Part shown: positions 28,988 to 39,640 of the stretch, in pieces | Layout of the letters: the number at the start of each line of letters is the position of its first letter | Numbering within the stretch: position 1 is the first letter of the stretch | Source: Ignavibacteriota bacterium | Lineage (GTDB): Bacteria; Bacteroidota; Ignavibacteria; UBA10030; UBA6906 | Assembly: GCA_963801355.1 (NCBI GenBank) | Contig: CAWDEM010000008.1 | Location: 2,592,001-2,656,000, forward strand | DNA: 64,000 nt | Direction: 5' to 3' | Translations under genes and position numbers: made by a program | The notes under the pieces: generated by a model | Told to the model about the DNA's origin: nothing | Databases searched by the model: none | What the model saw: only the letters and a program-made list of their open reading frames with translations

Positions 28988-29770
28988 TCACCCTTCTCCG
29001 TTTCTCACCGCAATCATCTGGGCCACAATGCTCACAGCAATCTCTTCGGGTGTATGCGAACCGATTGGGAATCCCACCGGGGCGTGCACCGCGGCCAACC
29101 GGGCATCGGAGACCCCCTCGTGCCGCAATTCCTCAAAGAGACCGTGGATCTTCTTCGCGCTGCCAAGCAGGCCGATGTACTTGAAAGGCTGATCGAGCAA
29201 CTGCCGAATGACGGTACCGTCATGCTGGTGACCATGGGTCATAATGACGGCATATGCCTGTGCGGGGAATGTAAGATGGGAAAGGATCTCTTCGTACGGA
29301 CCGCAGACCGTCCGGCCCGCACGGGGATGTTTCTCGGATGAGGCCCACTCCGGCCGGTTGTCGTACACGGTGACATTGAACTCAACCCACGATGCAAGCC
29401 AGGAGAGTGCAACACCGCAATGGCCACCGCCGAATATGATGAGCGGGACTCCACCGTGCAGCGGCTCGACCAGAATTTCCTCCACGCCACCACACACCAT
29501 GGCCGTCGCGAATTCCGCCCCGGTCCTGCTCCCCAGGTCAAACCCCCACTTCACCTCCGACACCGGACGTTCGGCCATCACCTTGTCAATCACGAGCTTT
29601 TCCAGCTCTCCCCCGCCGATTGTCCCGCGGATCGAGCCTTCGGCAAGGACAATCATCTTCATCCCCAGCCGCGCGGGAGTGGAGCCCGTCGTTGTGACGA
29701 CGGTGGTCAGCCAGGAGGGTTGATGTCCCCGTGCCGCGTCGGCCATCATGTCATAGAAGTCCCGCATCAT
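28988..29770 (-). CDS. XdhC/CoxI family molybdoenzyme maturation factor
   Basis: GSTP..GMKM, GTIGGG, CGG, FGGGH, MTHGH, YIGLLGS, PVGFPIGSHTPEEIAVSI. Confidence 0.92.
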   Translation of the reverse strand: MMRDFYDMMADAARGHQPSWLTTVVTTTGSTPARLGMKMIVLAEGSIRGTIGGGELEKLVIDKVMAERPVSEVKWGFDLGSRTGAEFATAMVCGGVEEILVEPLHGGVPLIIFGGGHCGVALSWLASWVEFNVTVYDNRPEWASSEKHPRAGRTVCGPYEEILSHLTFPAQAYAVIMTHGHQHDGTVIRQLLDQPFKYIGLLGSAKKIHGLFEELRHEGVSDARLAAVHAPVGFPIGSHTPEEIAVSIVAQMIAVRNGEG

Positions 29771-29773
29771 TCT

Positions 29774-30367
29774 TCACATCTCCGTTTGTGGTAGTGCGGA
29801 GAAATCCCCCGGCGTGTTGATGTTCCGCAACACACCCGGATCGTCGACCGCAAGACGTGTCACCGGTACTCCCGATGCCGCAATAATCGCGCGCAATGTG
29901 TCGCCATCTCCGGATGCGCGCACGCGGGCAAAAAGGGCCCGCGGAATAAGCACCGGGTGCCCTGCGCGACCCTGGAATGATGGTTTGATGACCGCATCGC
30001 CTTCGCAACGACCCGCTGCGACGAGTCTCCTGACGGTTTCCGCCTGCACACACGGATGATCCACCGGCAGTATCACCACGCTTTTACACGAGGAAACCAG
30101 GTCCATGCCCAACCTCACGGACGAGAGCATATCTCCGGCATCGGACGGATTACTCACAAATGGCGTCCCGGGAACCTCGGCGACCGCCCATGCTCGCTCT
30201 TCCGGCGATACCACACCTGCCACTACATCGGCACCTGCTGCACGGAGCATACGAACACACCGGTACAGAAAAGTCTCTCCGCCGGTCGAAAGCCGCAACT
30301 TCGCCGTGCCGATTCTCCTCCCCTTCCCTGCCGCCAGTACGAGGGCGCCGATGACGCCGGCCGTCAT
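29774..30367 (-). CDS. mocA: Molybdenum cofactor cytidylyltransferase (MocA-like)
   Basis: LAAGKGRRIG, LPVDHP, GHPV, NINTP; Mo-hydroxylase context. Confidence 0.8.
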   Translation of the reverse strand: MTAGVIGALVLAAGKGRRIGTAKLRLSTGGETFLYRCVRMLRAAGADVVAGVVSPEERAWAVAEVPGTPFVSNPSDAGDMLSSVRLGMDLVSSCKSVVILPVDHPCVQAETVRRLVAAGRCEGDAVIKPSFQGRAGHPVLIPRALFARVRASGDGDTLRAIIAASGVPVTRLAVDDPGVLRNINTPGDFSALPQTEM

Positions 30368-31821
30368 GCCTGCAGACCGACTTCGGTGTTGAACCTGGCG
30401 ATCAATTGGTCGAACTCCTTGACTTCTTCCTCAAACCGCTCGGTCCAGTAGGCCGGATCCCATTGCGCATTGAGTTCTTCCGTTGTCTTGCCTTGCTGCT
30501 CGACCCAGGTATAATACTTCAGATTGTGAATCGCTTTGCGATCGATATACGTGAGTTCCTTGAAGAAGTCTGTCCGTTGGTGCAGCAACGGACCTTCCAG
30601 GTCGCGGTGTCCCTGAACCGTCGAATATGCGCCGCGCTCCCCGCGCAGTTCTTCGAGCCGTGAGTGATACATCTCCGCGGAATCAGTGAAGACGGTGAAG
30701 ATAACGTCCTTCTCCGAGAGATCGTAGTACCGCGCTGTCTTGATAGCAGCCAGAAGATTGCAGATCGAGGAGATGCCAAGCAATGGCAACGCATCGAGAG
30801 TGGTTTCAGGGGCACCCGACGCACGCAAGACGGTTCTCCCGGGTTCTTCGTTGAAGAGGCGCAGAATGCGCATGCAGTCTTCGTCGTCAACCGCCGCCAC
30901 GCAATCCGTGGAACGGACATTGTGCACCCAGGGCACATGCTTGTCACCTATCCCTTCGATGCGGTGCCCACCAAAGCCGTTCATCAGGAGGGTCGGGCAT
31001 TGCAGCGCTTCGGTGGCGACGACTTTCACACCGGGATAGACTTTCTTGAGATAGTCGCCCGTGGCAATTGTGCCTGCGGATCCGGTCGCAGAGATGTATG
31101 CTGCGGGGCGCGCGCCCGGACAGACAGTCCGGTGGACTTCTTCCACCGCCGGTCCGGTGACGTTGTAGTGGAAGATCGGATTGCCGAATTCGTCGAACTG
31201 ATTGAAAATCACATTCACAGGATCTTCACGGAGTTCCCAGCACTTGTCGTAGATTTCTTTCACGTTTGATTCGCATCCGGGAGTGGCAATCACCTGCGCC
31301 CCGATTTGCTGCAGCCAGGTGAAACGTTCGCGGGACATTTCTTCCGGAAGGATCGCCACTGCAGTGCAGCCGAGCAACGCACAGTCGAATGCCCCGCCGC
31401 GGCAATAGTTGCCTGTGGAAGGCCACACTGCGCGATCCCGCTCCGGATCGAACTCCCCGCTGACCAGCCGCGGCACCAGACAGCCGAATGCAGCCCCCAC
31501 TTTGTGTGCTCCGGTCGGAAAGAACTTGCCGGTCAGACCTATCACACGCGCGCGCACGCCCGTAATCTCCCCGGGTATTTCGATCCAGTTGACTCCGCCG
31601 AATCCGCCCGTCTTTACATCGTTTTTCCACGTAATGCGAAACAGGTTCAGCGGATTCACATCCCAGAGCCCGACTCCGGCAAGCCGCCGCGTGATCGCGG
31701 GGGGAATGGTCTCCGGATCGCGCAGCTGGCTGAATGTCGGGATGACAATCTGCCTGTCGCGGCACCGCCGCGCGGTTTTCCTGATGACATCCGGATGCAT
31801 GGTCTTGATGATGGTTGACAT
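30364..31821 (-). CDS. PLP-dependent fold-type II enzyme of unknown specificity
   Basis: FPTGAHKVGA PLP lysine, PSTGNY, GSAGT, HRIEGIG. Confidence 0.8.
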   Translation of the reverse strand: MSTIIKTMHPDVIRKTARRCRDRQIVIPTFSQLRDPETIPPAITRRLAGVGLWDVNPLNLFRITWKNDVKTGGFGGVNWIEIPGEITGVRARVIGLTGKFFPTGAHKVGAAFGCLVPRLVSGEFDPERDRAVWPSTGNYCRGGAFDCALLGCTAVAILPEEMSRERFTWLQQIGAQVIATPGCESNVKEIYDKCWELREDPVNVIFNQFDEFGNPIFHYNVTGPAVEEVHRTVCPGARPAAYISATGSAGTIATGDYLKKVYPGVKVVATEALQCPTLLMNGFGGHRIEGIGDKHVPWVHNVRSTDCVAAVDDEDCMRILRLFNEEPGRTVLRASGAPETTLDALPLLGISSICNLLAAIKTARYYDLSEKDVIFTVFTDSAEMYHSRLEELRGERGAYSTVQGHRDLEGPLLHQRTDFFKELTYIDRKAIHNLKYYTWVEQQGKTTEELNAQWDPAYWTERFEEEVKEFDQLIARFNTEVGLQA

Positions 31822-31856
31822 GGGTATCCTGGTTCTCTACGTCGTGTATGGAGGAT

Positions 31857-33047
31857 TCACATCCCCTTCTCCAGAGTCCGCGCGGTGCCGCGACGGACGA
31901 GTGACTCCATCGCTTGCACCGGGTCACTCATGCGCGTCAGAAAAATGAGTGCCGCAATGACGAATGGTTTGAAACTCGCCTGCCGGTAGGTGGCGATGCG
32001 GTAGCGCTCGAAAACTCTTGCGGCCACCTCACCCTCTGTGCAGCCAACCCCGGAGATGTCGGCGGGCAGACAATGCATGTACAGCGCCTTCCCCTCCCTT
32101 GTCGACGCCATTTTCTTTTCATCGCATTCCCATGACCGATGGCGGGCGTTTTCCGCAAGGCACCGGCCCTCCAGTGCTGCAAGTCCCGTGCGGTCTCCTT
32201 TCTGCAGCAAGCCTGTGCGCTCCTGCATCACGTGGAATGAGGCCCAGGATTTCGGATACACTACATCCGCGCCGGCAAAGGCTTCTTCCATGGAGTGGCT
32301 GACCGTCAACGATCCCCCACTCGCCTTTGCCTGCCTGCGGGCGCGCTCCACGACGTCGGGAATCAACTCGTATCCTTCGGGATACGCGAGCGACACATCC
32401 ATGCCGAACCGCGTCAGGAGGCCGATGATCCCCTGCGGCACCGAGAGCGGCTTGCCGTAACTCGGCGAGTACGCCCAGGTCATCGCGATCTTTTTGCCGC
32501 GCAGCGACTCCAGCGATCCAAAGCAGGTCTTCAACTGCATCAGATCCGCCAGCGTCTGCGTCGGATGGTCAATATCGCACTGCAGGTTGATGATACTCGG
32601 CCGTTGATGCAGCACGCCCTGCGCATACCCTTCTTCCACAGCAGCACCGACCTCGCGCATATACCTGTTTCCCTCTCCGAGATACATGTCATCCCGGATG
32701 CCGATGACTTCAGCCAGAAACGAAATCATATTTGCGGTCTCACGCACAGTTTCCCCATGTGCGATCTGCGACTTCACTTCGTCGAGTTCTGCAAGACCCA
32801 GCCCGAGAGCATTTGCCGCCGAAGCGAAGCTGAACCGCGTCCGCGTGGAGTTGTCCCGGAATATGGAAATTGCGAGACCGGTATCGAACACCCGGCAGGA
32901 TTTTCCCTGCCGGTGGAGTTCTTTCAAGCAGTCGGCAACGGTGATGACCGCCCGCAACTCGTCGTCCGTGTGATCCCACGTGAGCAGGAAATCCTTGTGA
33001 AAAAGGGCGGGGTGAACGGATGCAAGTTCGGCGATGTAGTCAGGCAT
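31857..33047 (-). CDS. ygeW: Knotted carbamoyltransferase YgeW
   Basis: FRDNSTRTRFSF, QCDIDHPTQ, WAYSPSYGKPLSVPQG, YMHCLPAD; start MPDYIAE. Confidence 0.95.
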   Translation of the reverse strand: MPDYIAELASVHPALFHKDFLLTWDHTDDELRAVITVADCLKELHRQGKSCRVFDTGLAISIFRDNSTRTRFSFASAANALGLGLAELDEVKSQIAHGETVRETANMISFLAEVIGIRDDMYLGEGNRYMREVGAAVEEGYAQGVLHQRPSIINLQCDIDHPTQTLADLMQLKTCFGSLESLRGKKIAMTWAYSPSYGKPLSVPQGIIGLLTRFGMDVSLAYPEGYELIPDVVERARRQAKASGGSLTVSHSMEEAFAGADVVYPKSWASFHVMQERTGLLQKGDRTGLAALEGRCLAENARHRSWECDEKKMASTREGKALYMHCLPADISGVGCTEGEVAARVFERYRIATYRQASFKPFVIAALIFLTRMSDPVQAMESLVRRGTARTLEKGM

Positions 33048-33081
33048 GAGTTGTTCCTGATGATGAGGCATGGGTCTGCAT

Positions 33082-33573
33082 TCAGGGTTGAGGGTGAAGG
33101 GTCCGGGGAGCGGCCTCATAGAAAACGGCAGCGGCTTCGATCGCATCCACGATTTGCTGGTAGCCGGTACACCGGCAGAGGTTGGAGTAGATTGCCCGGC
33201 GGATCTCCCCCCGCGAAGGACGCGGATTGTGCAGGAGGAATGCGTGGGCGGTCAATACCATTCCCGGCGTGCAGAAGCCGCACTGGATCGCCCCGGCGTC
33301 GATAAATGCCTGCTGCAGCGGATGGAGTCCGCCGTCGATGCCCTTCAGCCCTTCAATGGTCAGCACCCGATGTCCGGCGATATCCTGTACCTGTTTGGTG
33401 CAGATACGCATGGGCTGCTCATCAACCAGCAGCGTGCATGCGCCGCAGGCACCGATGTCGCAGGCATTCTTGACTCCCGTCAAATCAAGATCCTCGCGGA
33501 GGAATTCAATAAGACGCTTTGTGCGCTGATGCTCGCTGACGGGATACTCGGTGCCGTTGACGGTGATGGTCAT
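33082..33573 (-). CDS. Mo-hydroxylase 2Fe-2S subunit (CoxS/XdhC-type)
   Basis: CDIGACGACT, QCGFCTPG, NLCRCTGY; start MTITVNG. Confidence 0.92.
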   Translation of the reverse strand: MTITVNGTEYPVSEHQRTKRLIEFLREDLDLTGVKNACDIGACGACTLLVDEQPMRICTKQVQDIAGHRVLTIEGLKGIDGGLHPLQQAFIDAGAIQCGFCTPGMVLTAHAFLLHNPRPSRGEIRRAIYSNLCRCTGYQQIVDAIEAAAVFYEAAPRTLHPQP

Positions 33574-33574
33574 G

Positions 33575-35866
33575 CTATCCTCCGACACTCGTGGATGCCG
33601 GTGCATGCGCGGATGACCCAGCGGGACGGATGGGCAGGCGGTGATAACGGACGCCGGTGGCGTTAAAAATCGCATTTGCCACCGCGGGCGCCATGAGCTC
33701 GTTTGTCGGTTCGCCGATGCTCTTTGCCCCCGAAGGGGAATTGGGATCGGGGTTCTCCACGATGATGGCGCGCATTTCGGGCATGTCCAGCGAGCGGGGA
33801 ATGCGGTAGGTATTGAGATTGGTATTGACAATCTTTCCGCCATCCAGGATGAGTTCTTCGTGCAGGGCATAGCCGATGCCCATTGCCATGCCGCCGAAGA
33901 ACTGCCCTTCAATCATCTCGCGATTTACCGCCCGACCGACATCATGGGCCGCAATGGCATTCAACAACCTCACCTTCCCGGATGTGCGATTGACCGTCAG
34001 CTCCACCGCCTGGCATCCGTACACCCATGTGAAATACGCTTTCCCCTGACCGTGCTCTTCATCCCATGAAACAGCAGGTGCCTGGAAGACGCCGAACGCG
34101 TGCGGAAATTGCTGCCTGCGGAACATTTCGGTCACGGTTTCATCAAAGGTCACCGACCGCCCGTTTCCTTCGACCGTCAAGCGCTCCTCGCGGAACTCGA
34201 TGTGTTCGGGACTGCATTGCAGCATCAACGCTGCCACGCCCGCCATTCTCCGGTGGAGGTCCCGGGCCGCAAGGGTCACAGCGCCACCTCCCATGATCGT
34301 CCCGCGTGAGGCAACAGTCGTCCCGCTGTCCGGGATAACCGAGGTGGAGGAACGTCGGTAGTGAATGCGCTCCCTGCGGATGCCGAGCTCCTTCGCGGCC
34401 AGCAGCACCATGGCGCTCTCCGCACCCTGCCCGTTTTCATGGACCCCGGTTTCCACGAGAACGGACCCGTCGGCCTGCACATTGATCATCGCGGCACAGA
34501 AATCCACTCCTTCCGCACCCAGGCTCACACCGCGGTAGCTCATGGCAAGTCCGACGCCGTACTGCTCTTCCTCATCTGCCTTGCCGTATGTGCAGCGTGC
34601 CAGCTTGGCTTCATAGTCGAATTCCTTTACGACGGTGTCAAGCACCTGCCTCATCGCCACCGTGTGATCATCCAGCTCCTGTCCCGTGATGGTCACGCTT
34701 CCCTGTTTCACCATGTTTTTCCGGCGGACATCAAGCGCGGGCATGTGCAGCCGGTCGGCAGCGATTTCAATCAAGGAATCCACCGCGAAATTTATCTGGG
34801 GAGATCCAAATCCCCGCATTGCGCCGGTGACGACGTTGTTGGTGTACACAGCGGTCGTGTCGCACTGTACATTGGGAACAACGTAGGGACCACAGCATTG
34901 GACCGTGGATCTCCAGGTCACCCACGGTGTCACCGAGCAGTATGCACCGGCATCTGCAACGATCCGGCAGCGCACCGCATTGATCATGCCGTCACGCGTC
35001 AGGCCCATGGTGTACGATATCCGGTAGGGATGCCGCTTATAGCTCTCCCGGATTGACCAATCACGCCGGTACATCAGCTTGACCGGAACACCGGTGATAC
35101 TTGCCGCAAGCGCCGCACGGGCGCAGACGATGGCCGCAGTATCATCCTTCCCTCCGAACCCTCCACCCATGGGGGTGCCGATCACCTCCACGCGCGCAAG
35201 CGGCATCCCCAGCAGTGCCGACACAACACGGCGCGTGCTGAAGGGGTGTTGCATGCTTCCATACACCTCCATTACACCGTCATCGCGCTGCCGGCACACC
35301 GCCACTTCGGGTTCCATATATGCGTGTTCGACACACTGGGTCTCAAAATGCTCCTCGAGCACGAGATCGGAACAGCGGAGCCCCTCGTCGACATCGCCCC
35401 GGCGGACCCGGTGGGTATTCACGACGTTTGTCCCGTGTGCCTCGTGGACCAGCGGAGAACCATCACGCAGAGCGTCCTCAGGATCGAGAACAGCCGGCAA
35501 CGGTTCGGCCTCAACGCGCACCAGGCCGGCCGCCTTGATCGCCTCGTCACGGGTTCGTGCAACGACGAGCGCCACAACATCTCCATGATAGCGGATCTTG
35601 TCGTCGGCGAACACCCGGAAGTCGTGGACAATCTGGCCGACCCTGTTGGACCCGGGGACATCCCGCGCGGTCAGAACGCGGACAACGCCCGCGGCACGCT
35701 CGGCTGCATCCGTATGCACTGCGATCAGCCGGGCATGGACAAAGTCTGTATACACCGGCGCTGCATGCAGCATATTGACGAACTTCAGGTCGTCAGTGTA
35801 CTTCGTCCGTCCTGTGACCTTGGCAATGGCATCATTCCGCCATGCACGCCGGTCTACGTCGGCCAT
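33575..35866 (-). CDS. Xanthine dehydrogenase-family molybdopterin-binding subunit
   Basis: KVTG..YTDD, GGGFGGK, AMRGFGSPQ, GQG, ASRGT, KSIGEP. Confidence 0.93.
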   Translation of the reverse strand: MADVDRRAWRNDAIAKVTGRTKYTDDLKFVNMLHAAPVYTDFVHARLIAVHTDAAERAAGVVRVLTARDVPGSNRVGQIVHDFRVFADDKIRYHGDVVALVVARTRDEAIKAAGLVRVEAEPLPAVLDPEDALRDGSPLVHEAHGTNVVNTHRVRRGDVDEGLRCSDLVLEEHFETQCVEHAYMEPEVAVCRQRDDGVMEVYGSMQHPFSTRRVVSALLGMPLARVEVIGTPMGGGFGGKDDTAAIVCARAALAASITGVPVKLMYRRDWSIRESYKRHPYRISYTMGLTRDGMINAVRCRIVADAGAYCSVTPWVTWRSTVQCCGPYVVPNVQCDTTAVYTNNVVTGAMRGFGSPQINFAVDSLIEIAADRLHMPALDVRRKNMVKQGSVTITGQELDDHTVAMRQVLDTVVKEFDYEAKLARCTYGKADEEEQYGVGLAMSYRGVSLGAEGVDFCAAMINVQADGSVLVETGVHENGQGAESAMVLLAAKELGIRRERIHYRRSSTSVIPDSGTTVASRGTIMGGGAVTLAARDLHRRMAGVAALMLQCSPEHIEFREERLTVEGNGRSVTFDETVTEMFRRQQFPHAFGVFQAPAVSWDEEHGQGKAYFTWVYGCQAVELTVNRTSGKVRLLNAIAAHDVGRAVNREMIEGQFFGGMAMGIGYALHEELILDGGKIVNTNLNTYRIPRSLDMPEMRAIIVENPDPNSPSGAKSIGEPTNELMAPAVANAIFNATGVRYHRLPIRPAGSSAHAPASTSVGG

Positions 35867-37203
35867 AAGGTCCTCCCTCTCCGCTCGCCGGGATTGCGAA
35901 GCGTTCCCTGCCCCGCAACCTCCTGACCGCGAAGAAACACATGTTCGAAACGCAACCGGGAAGACATACCGGGGAACGTTTCATGCACGTCAGCCAGTGA
36001 TGACCGCACGGGTTGTGCGGTCGCCGAGATTCTGCAGATGGCAAGGTCCGCATCTGCACCGGGTTGAATGACACCCTTGCGTGGATACACCCCCAGAAGT
36101 CGCGCAGGATTCGCCGAGACCCGGCGTGCCACTTCCAGCATCGGATCATGGCCGCTTTCCGCAAAAAGGGCGAACACCAAGTGAGGCAACGCTCCGATTC
36201 CGGCGAGGCCCTGGGGAACTTCACGCATCGACGCCGGGTGCCCGTCCTTGTCGCTCCGCACAAATGCGCAATGATCCGTCGCAAAGAGATCGATTGCCCC
36301 CTGTATTGCCAACGCTGCCATGTCTGCCCGCATCTGCGGACTCCTGAGCGGCGGTGAGCAAATCCACCTGTGCCCATCCTGGCGTTCCAGCCATGTCTCG
36401 TCAAGGAACACATAGTGAGGAGCGGTCTCGCAGCTCACGCGCACGGACGCCCGCGCGTCCTGGATCAACGCAACGCCTTCCGGAGTCGAGACATGCACGA
36501 TGTGGACCGCCGCCTGCTGGCGTCCAGCGCGCTGCAGCACTTCCTGGATCGCAAGACATTCCGCCTGTGGCGGCCGCGATCGCGCATGGGCGATCGGATG
36601 CCGCCACTCCTCAACCGGGAGCCGGATGGCCGCAAGCGCTGCATCGTCTTCGCAGTGAATGAGAAATTGCACTCCCCGGCCCCCCAGTCTCGCGAAAATC
36701 CGCTCGAGCTGATCATAGTCGGAAAAAATGCCTGCGCCTTTGTATGTCGTGTAGAATTTGAACAGACGGAACCCCTGTTCGATCAGCCGATCGATGGCAT
36801 TCCACCCCTCACGGTCGAACCGTGTGGGCGTGAGGTGCCACCAATAATCCGCATAACTCTCACCACGTGCCTTCTGTTGGGCTATGGCGACCGCCGACTC
36901 CAGCCGCACTCCGGCCGACTCAGTTACAAACGTCGCAATGGTGGTGATGCCGTTTTCCACCGCCACGCGTGTCCCCGAACGGTAATCATCGGCCAGCGCG
37001 CGGCCTCCGATGACATCCGCAATGTGCGTGTGCACGTCAATCAAACCGGGCAATACGTATGCACCCTCCGCCTCAACGATGTGATCCGCATCGGCGGCGA
37101 GCGCGTCGGCGACGTCGGCGATGCGAGCATCGCGCAGGAGGAGATCCGCACGCTGGATGCGGTCTTCGAAACAGACCAGGCCGTTGCGAATCAGTGTGCT
37201 CAT
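35854..37203 (-). CDS. Dihydropyrimidinase/hydantoinase (HyuA/HydA-like)
   Basis: PGLIDVHTH, FKFY, HCE, HVST, ETAPHY, SPPLR, ATDH, GADAD. Confidence 0.88.
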   Translation of the reverse strand: MSTLIRNGLVCFEDRIQRADLLLRDARIADVADALAADADHIVEAEGAYVLPGLIDVHTHIADVIGGRALADDYRSGTRVAVENGITTIATFVTESAGVRLESAVAIAQQKARGESYADYWWHLTPTRFDREGWNAIDRLIEQGFRLFKFYTTYKGAGIFSDYDQLERIFARLGGRGVQFLIHCEDDAALAAIRLPVEEWRHPIAHARSRPPQAECLAIQEVLQRAGRQQAAVHIVHVSTPEGVALIQDARASVRVSCETAPHYVFLDETWLERQDGHRWICSPPLRSPQMRADMAALAIQGAIDLFATDHCAFVRSDKDGHPASMREVPQGLAGIGALPHLVFALFAESGHDPMLEVARRVSANPARLLGVYPRKGVIQPGADADLAICRISATAQPVRSSLADVHETFPGMSSRLRFEHVFLRGQEVAGQGTLRNPGERRGRTLWPT

Positions 37204-38432
37204 GAATGCAGATCCCGGAGAAATTTTCGAGCGGACTCGAGATCAGGCGGCACAGGAGCCGGTACGACGACGCCCCGCATTGCGGCGTCCACATCTTTCA
37301 GACCGTGTCCCGTGACGAGTAACACAATGGATGCATCCGGATCCACATGCTTGTCGGCAAGCTCCTTGCGCAGGCCCGCAACAGGTGCTGCAGCCGCCGG
37401 TTCGGCAAACACTCCTGTCGTTGATGCCAGGAGGCGCTGGGCGGTGAGTATTTCTTCATCGGTCACGGTCACCGTTCCGCCGCCGGATTCAAGAATGGCC
37501 TTGCGTGCAAGGTACGCGTTGCTCGGCGTGCGAACGGCTATGGAATCGGCAATGGTGGATGGTGATGGCGCATCGCTGTACGACCCGGTCTGCACAAACC
37601 TGTGGATAGCATCGGAGTGTTCCGCCTGGACCCCGAGCAGGCGCGGCAGCCGCTCGATGATGCCGGCCGCACGGAGATCAAGAAACGCCTTGTGGATGCC
37701 GGCGATGATGACCCCGTCACCGACGGGCACCACGATCAGATCCGGCACGGCGTTGCGGTTCTGTCTGAAGATCTCGAGCCCCGCGGTCTTCTTCCCCTCG
37801 ATGGTCAGCGGGTGATACGCCGTATTGCGATTGAGGCCGCCTTCCTCTGCCGAATACTCGAGTGAGAGTGCGAATGCGTCATCGTAGGACCCTTCCACCG
37901 GGACTACGGTCGCCCCGTACAGGATCATTTGTACCAGTTTCGGCCGGGGTGCGGACGCAGGTACGAAAATGACGGCCCGGAGTCCTGCAGATGCACAGAC
38001 CGCTGCAAGCGCGCTGGCGGCATTTCCCGTGGATGCAGTGACGATCTTCTTTTCACCGAGACGGCATGCCTCGGCCGCCACGAGAAATGATGCCCGGTCT
38101 TTCAACGATCCGCTCGGATTTACTGCATCGTTCTTGACATGCAGGTGAGCACACCGCAACGCTTCCGCAAGCCGCGGTACGGCAAGGAACGGCGTCTGGC
38201 CGACCGCCAGAGGGGGGAAATACTGGCGCTCAACCGGCAGGAACAGATCATCATCGGGCACCCGACTGTTTGCCGCCTCACAGAGCTCAACGGCATCAAA
38301 AACTACTTCGAGCACGCCCTGCAGTGGTATTCCTCTCCTGGACGCACGACCGCATGCGGGACAGAGGTAACGCACCTCATCACGCGCAAACGTCATGCCG
38401 CACAATGTGCAACGGTAGCGGAAGGGAATCAA
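37200..38432 (-). CDS. Threonine synthase-like PLP enzyme
   Basis: N-terminal CxxC..CxxC, NPSGSLKDR, ASTGNA, EGKKT, PVGDG, TGHGLKD. Confidence 0.85.
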   Translation of the reverse strand: MIPFRYRCTLCGMTFARDEVRYLCPACGRASRRGIPLQGVLEVVFDAVELCEAANSRVPDDDLFLPVERQYFPPLAVGQTPFLAVPRLAEALRCAHLHVKNDAVNPSGSLKDRASFLVAAEACRLGEKKIVTASTGNAASALAAVCASAGLRAVIFVPASAPRPKLVQMILYGATVVPVEGSYDDAFALSLEYSAEEGGLNRNTAYHPLTIEGKKTAGLEIFRQNRNAVPDLIVVPVGDGVIIAGIHKAFLDLRAAGIIERLPRLLGVQAEHSDAIHRFVQTGSYSDAPSPSTIADSIAVRTPSNAYLARKAILESGGGTVTVTDEEILTAQRLLASTTGVFAEPAAAAPVAGLRKELADKHVDPDASIVLLVTGHGLKDVDAAMRGVVVPAPVPPDLESARKFLRDLHS

Positions 38433-39634
38433 CGCAGTTCTCCTGACAATGTACCCACCAGGCCGGCGTAGAATGCCGCGGCCCGGGTCAGGTCGTCAAC
38501 AGGTGTTGCTTCGTTCGGCGCATGCGCGTACACTTCATTGCCCGGCCCCAACCCCAGACAGGGGATCCCGCAGATGCCGGCGATTGCCACACCGTTCGTG
38601 CTAAACGTCCACTTATCCACCACGGCCTCCCGCCCGAAGAGCTTCCTGTACGCCTGCGTGGCGGCCTCCAGGTGCGGTGAATTTCCGGGCATTGTCCATG
38701 TGGGATAGTATTTCTCCATCGGGTATACTTTCCCCGTGTACGCCGCCTCATGGTATGTCAGGAGCGAGACAACGGCATCCGCGACGCCGGCGGTGGCGGC
38801 GGCCGCCTGCACTTCCGCCACTGCGCTCTCTCTGGTTTCCCCTGCAGTCAACCGCCTGTCGAGATGAAGGCGTGCACCATCGGCGACGGCACACAACGAA
38901 GGCGACGAGGATACCACCTCGGTGACGGTCACTGTTCCCTTTCCCAGAAACGGGTCGGTGCGGAGCCTCTCATTGAGCCGCTCGATTTCCAGGGCAATCC
39001 GCGAAGCCTTGTAGATCGCATTGACGCCCCGCTCGGGCGCCGATCCATGGCAGCTGACACCATCGACGGACACATGCATCTCCATCCGTCCGCGATGTCC
39101 CCGGTAAATATTCATGTTTGTCGGCTCGGTAATCACCACGAGCTCGGGCCGGATGTTCTCCTCCCGGATCAAGTGAAGCCAGCACAGACCATCGCAGTCC
39201 TCCTCCATCACGGTGCCGGTACAGAGCACCGTCAGCTCCTTGCCGAGACCGAGTTCTTTGATCAACCGGGCGGCGGTGAGCATGCTGGCCATCCCCCCCT
39301 TCTGATCAACCGTACCCCGTCCCCACACTTTACCGCCCTCAACCTTTGGTGCGAAAGGATCGGTATGCCATTGATGCACATCGCCCGGATATACGGTGTC
39401 GACGTGCGCATCGAAGGCGATCACGCGCGGACCGTTGCCGATCCTGCCGATAATGCTGCCCAGGCCGTCGACGTCAATACTGTCGAAGCCGATCGACACC
39501 ATCATCTGTCTGATGACCTGGATGACGTCCTTCTCCTTTGACGAGAAGGAAGGTGTACGGACGAGGTCGCACAGCATGCGGACGGTCTCGTGTTCGTGGG
39601 CGCGTGCATGGTCAAGAATTGACAGGTAGGTCAT
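38429..39634 (-). CDS. ygeY: M20 family metallo-amidohydrolase YgeY
   Basis: DAHVDTV, GRGTVDQKGG, MEEDCDG, GHRGR, FSTNGV, AHAPNE. Confidence 0.92.
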   Translation of the reverse strand: MTYLSILDHARAHEHETVRMLCDLVRTPSFSSKEKDVIQVIRQMMVSIGFDSIDVDGLGSIIGRIGNGPRVIAFDAHVDTVYPGDVHQWHTDPFAPKVEGGKVWGRGTVDQKGGMASMLTAARLIKELGLGKELTVLCTGTVMEEDCDGLCWLHLIREENIRPELVVITEPTNMNIYRGHRGRMEMHVSVDGVSCHGSAPERGVNAIYKASRIALEIERLNERLRTDPFLGKGTVTVTEVVSSSPSLCAVADGARLHLDRRLTAGETRESAVAEVQAAAATAGVADAVVSLLTYHEAAYTGKVYPMEKYYPTWTMPGNSPHLEAATQAYRKLFGREAVVDKWTFSTNGVAIAGICGIPCLGLGPGNEVYAHAPNEATPVDDLTRAAAFYAGLVGTLSGELR

Positions 39635-39640
39635 GGGAGC

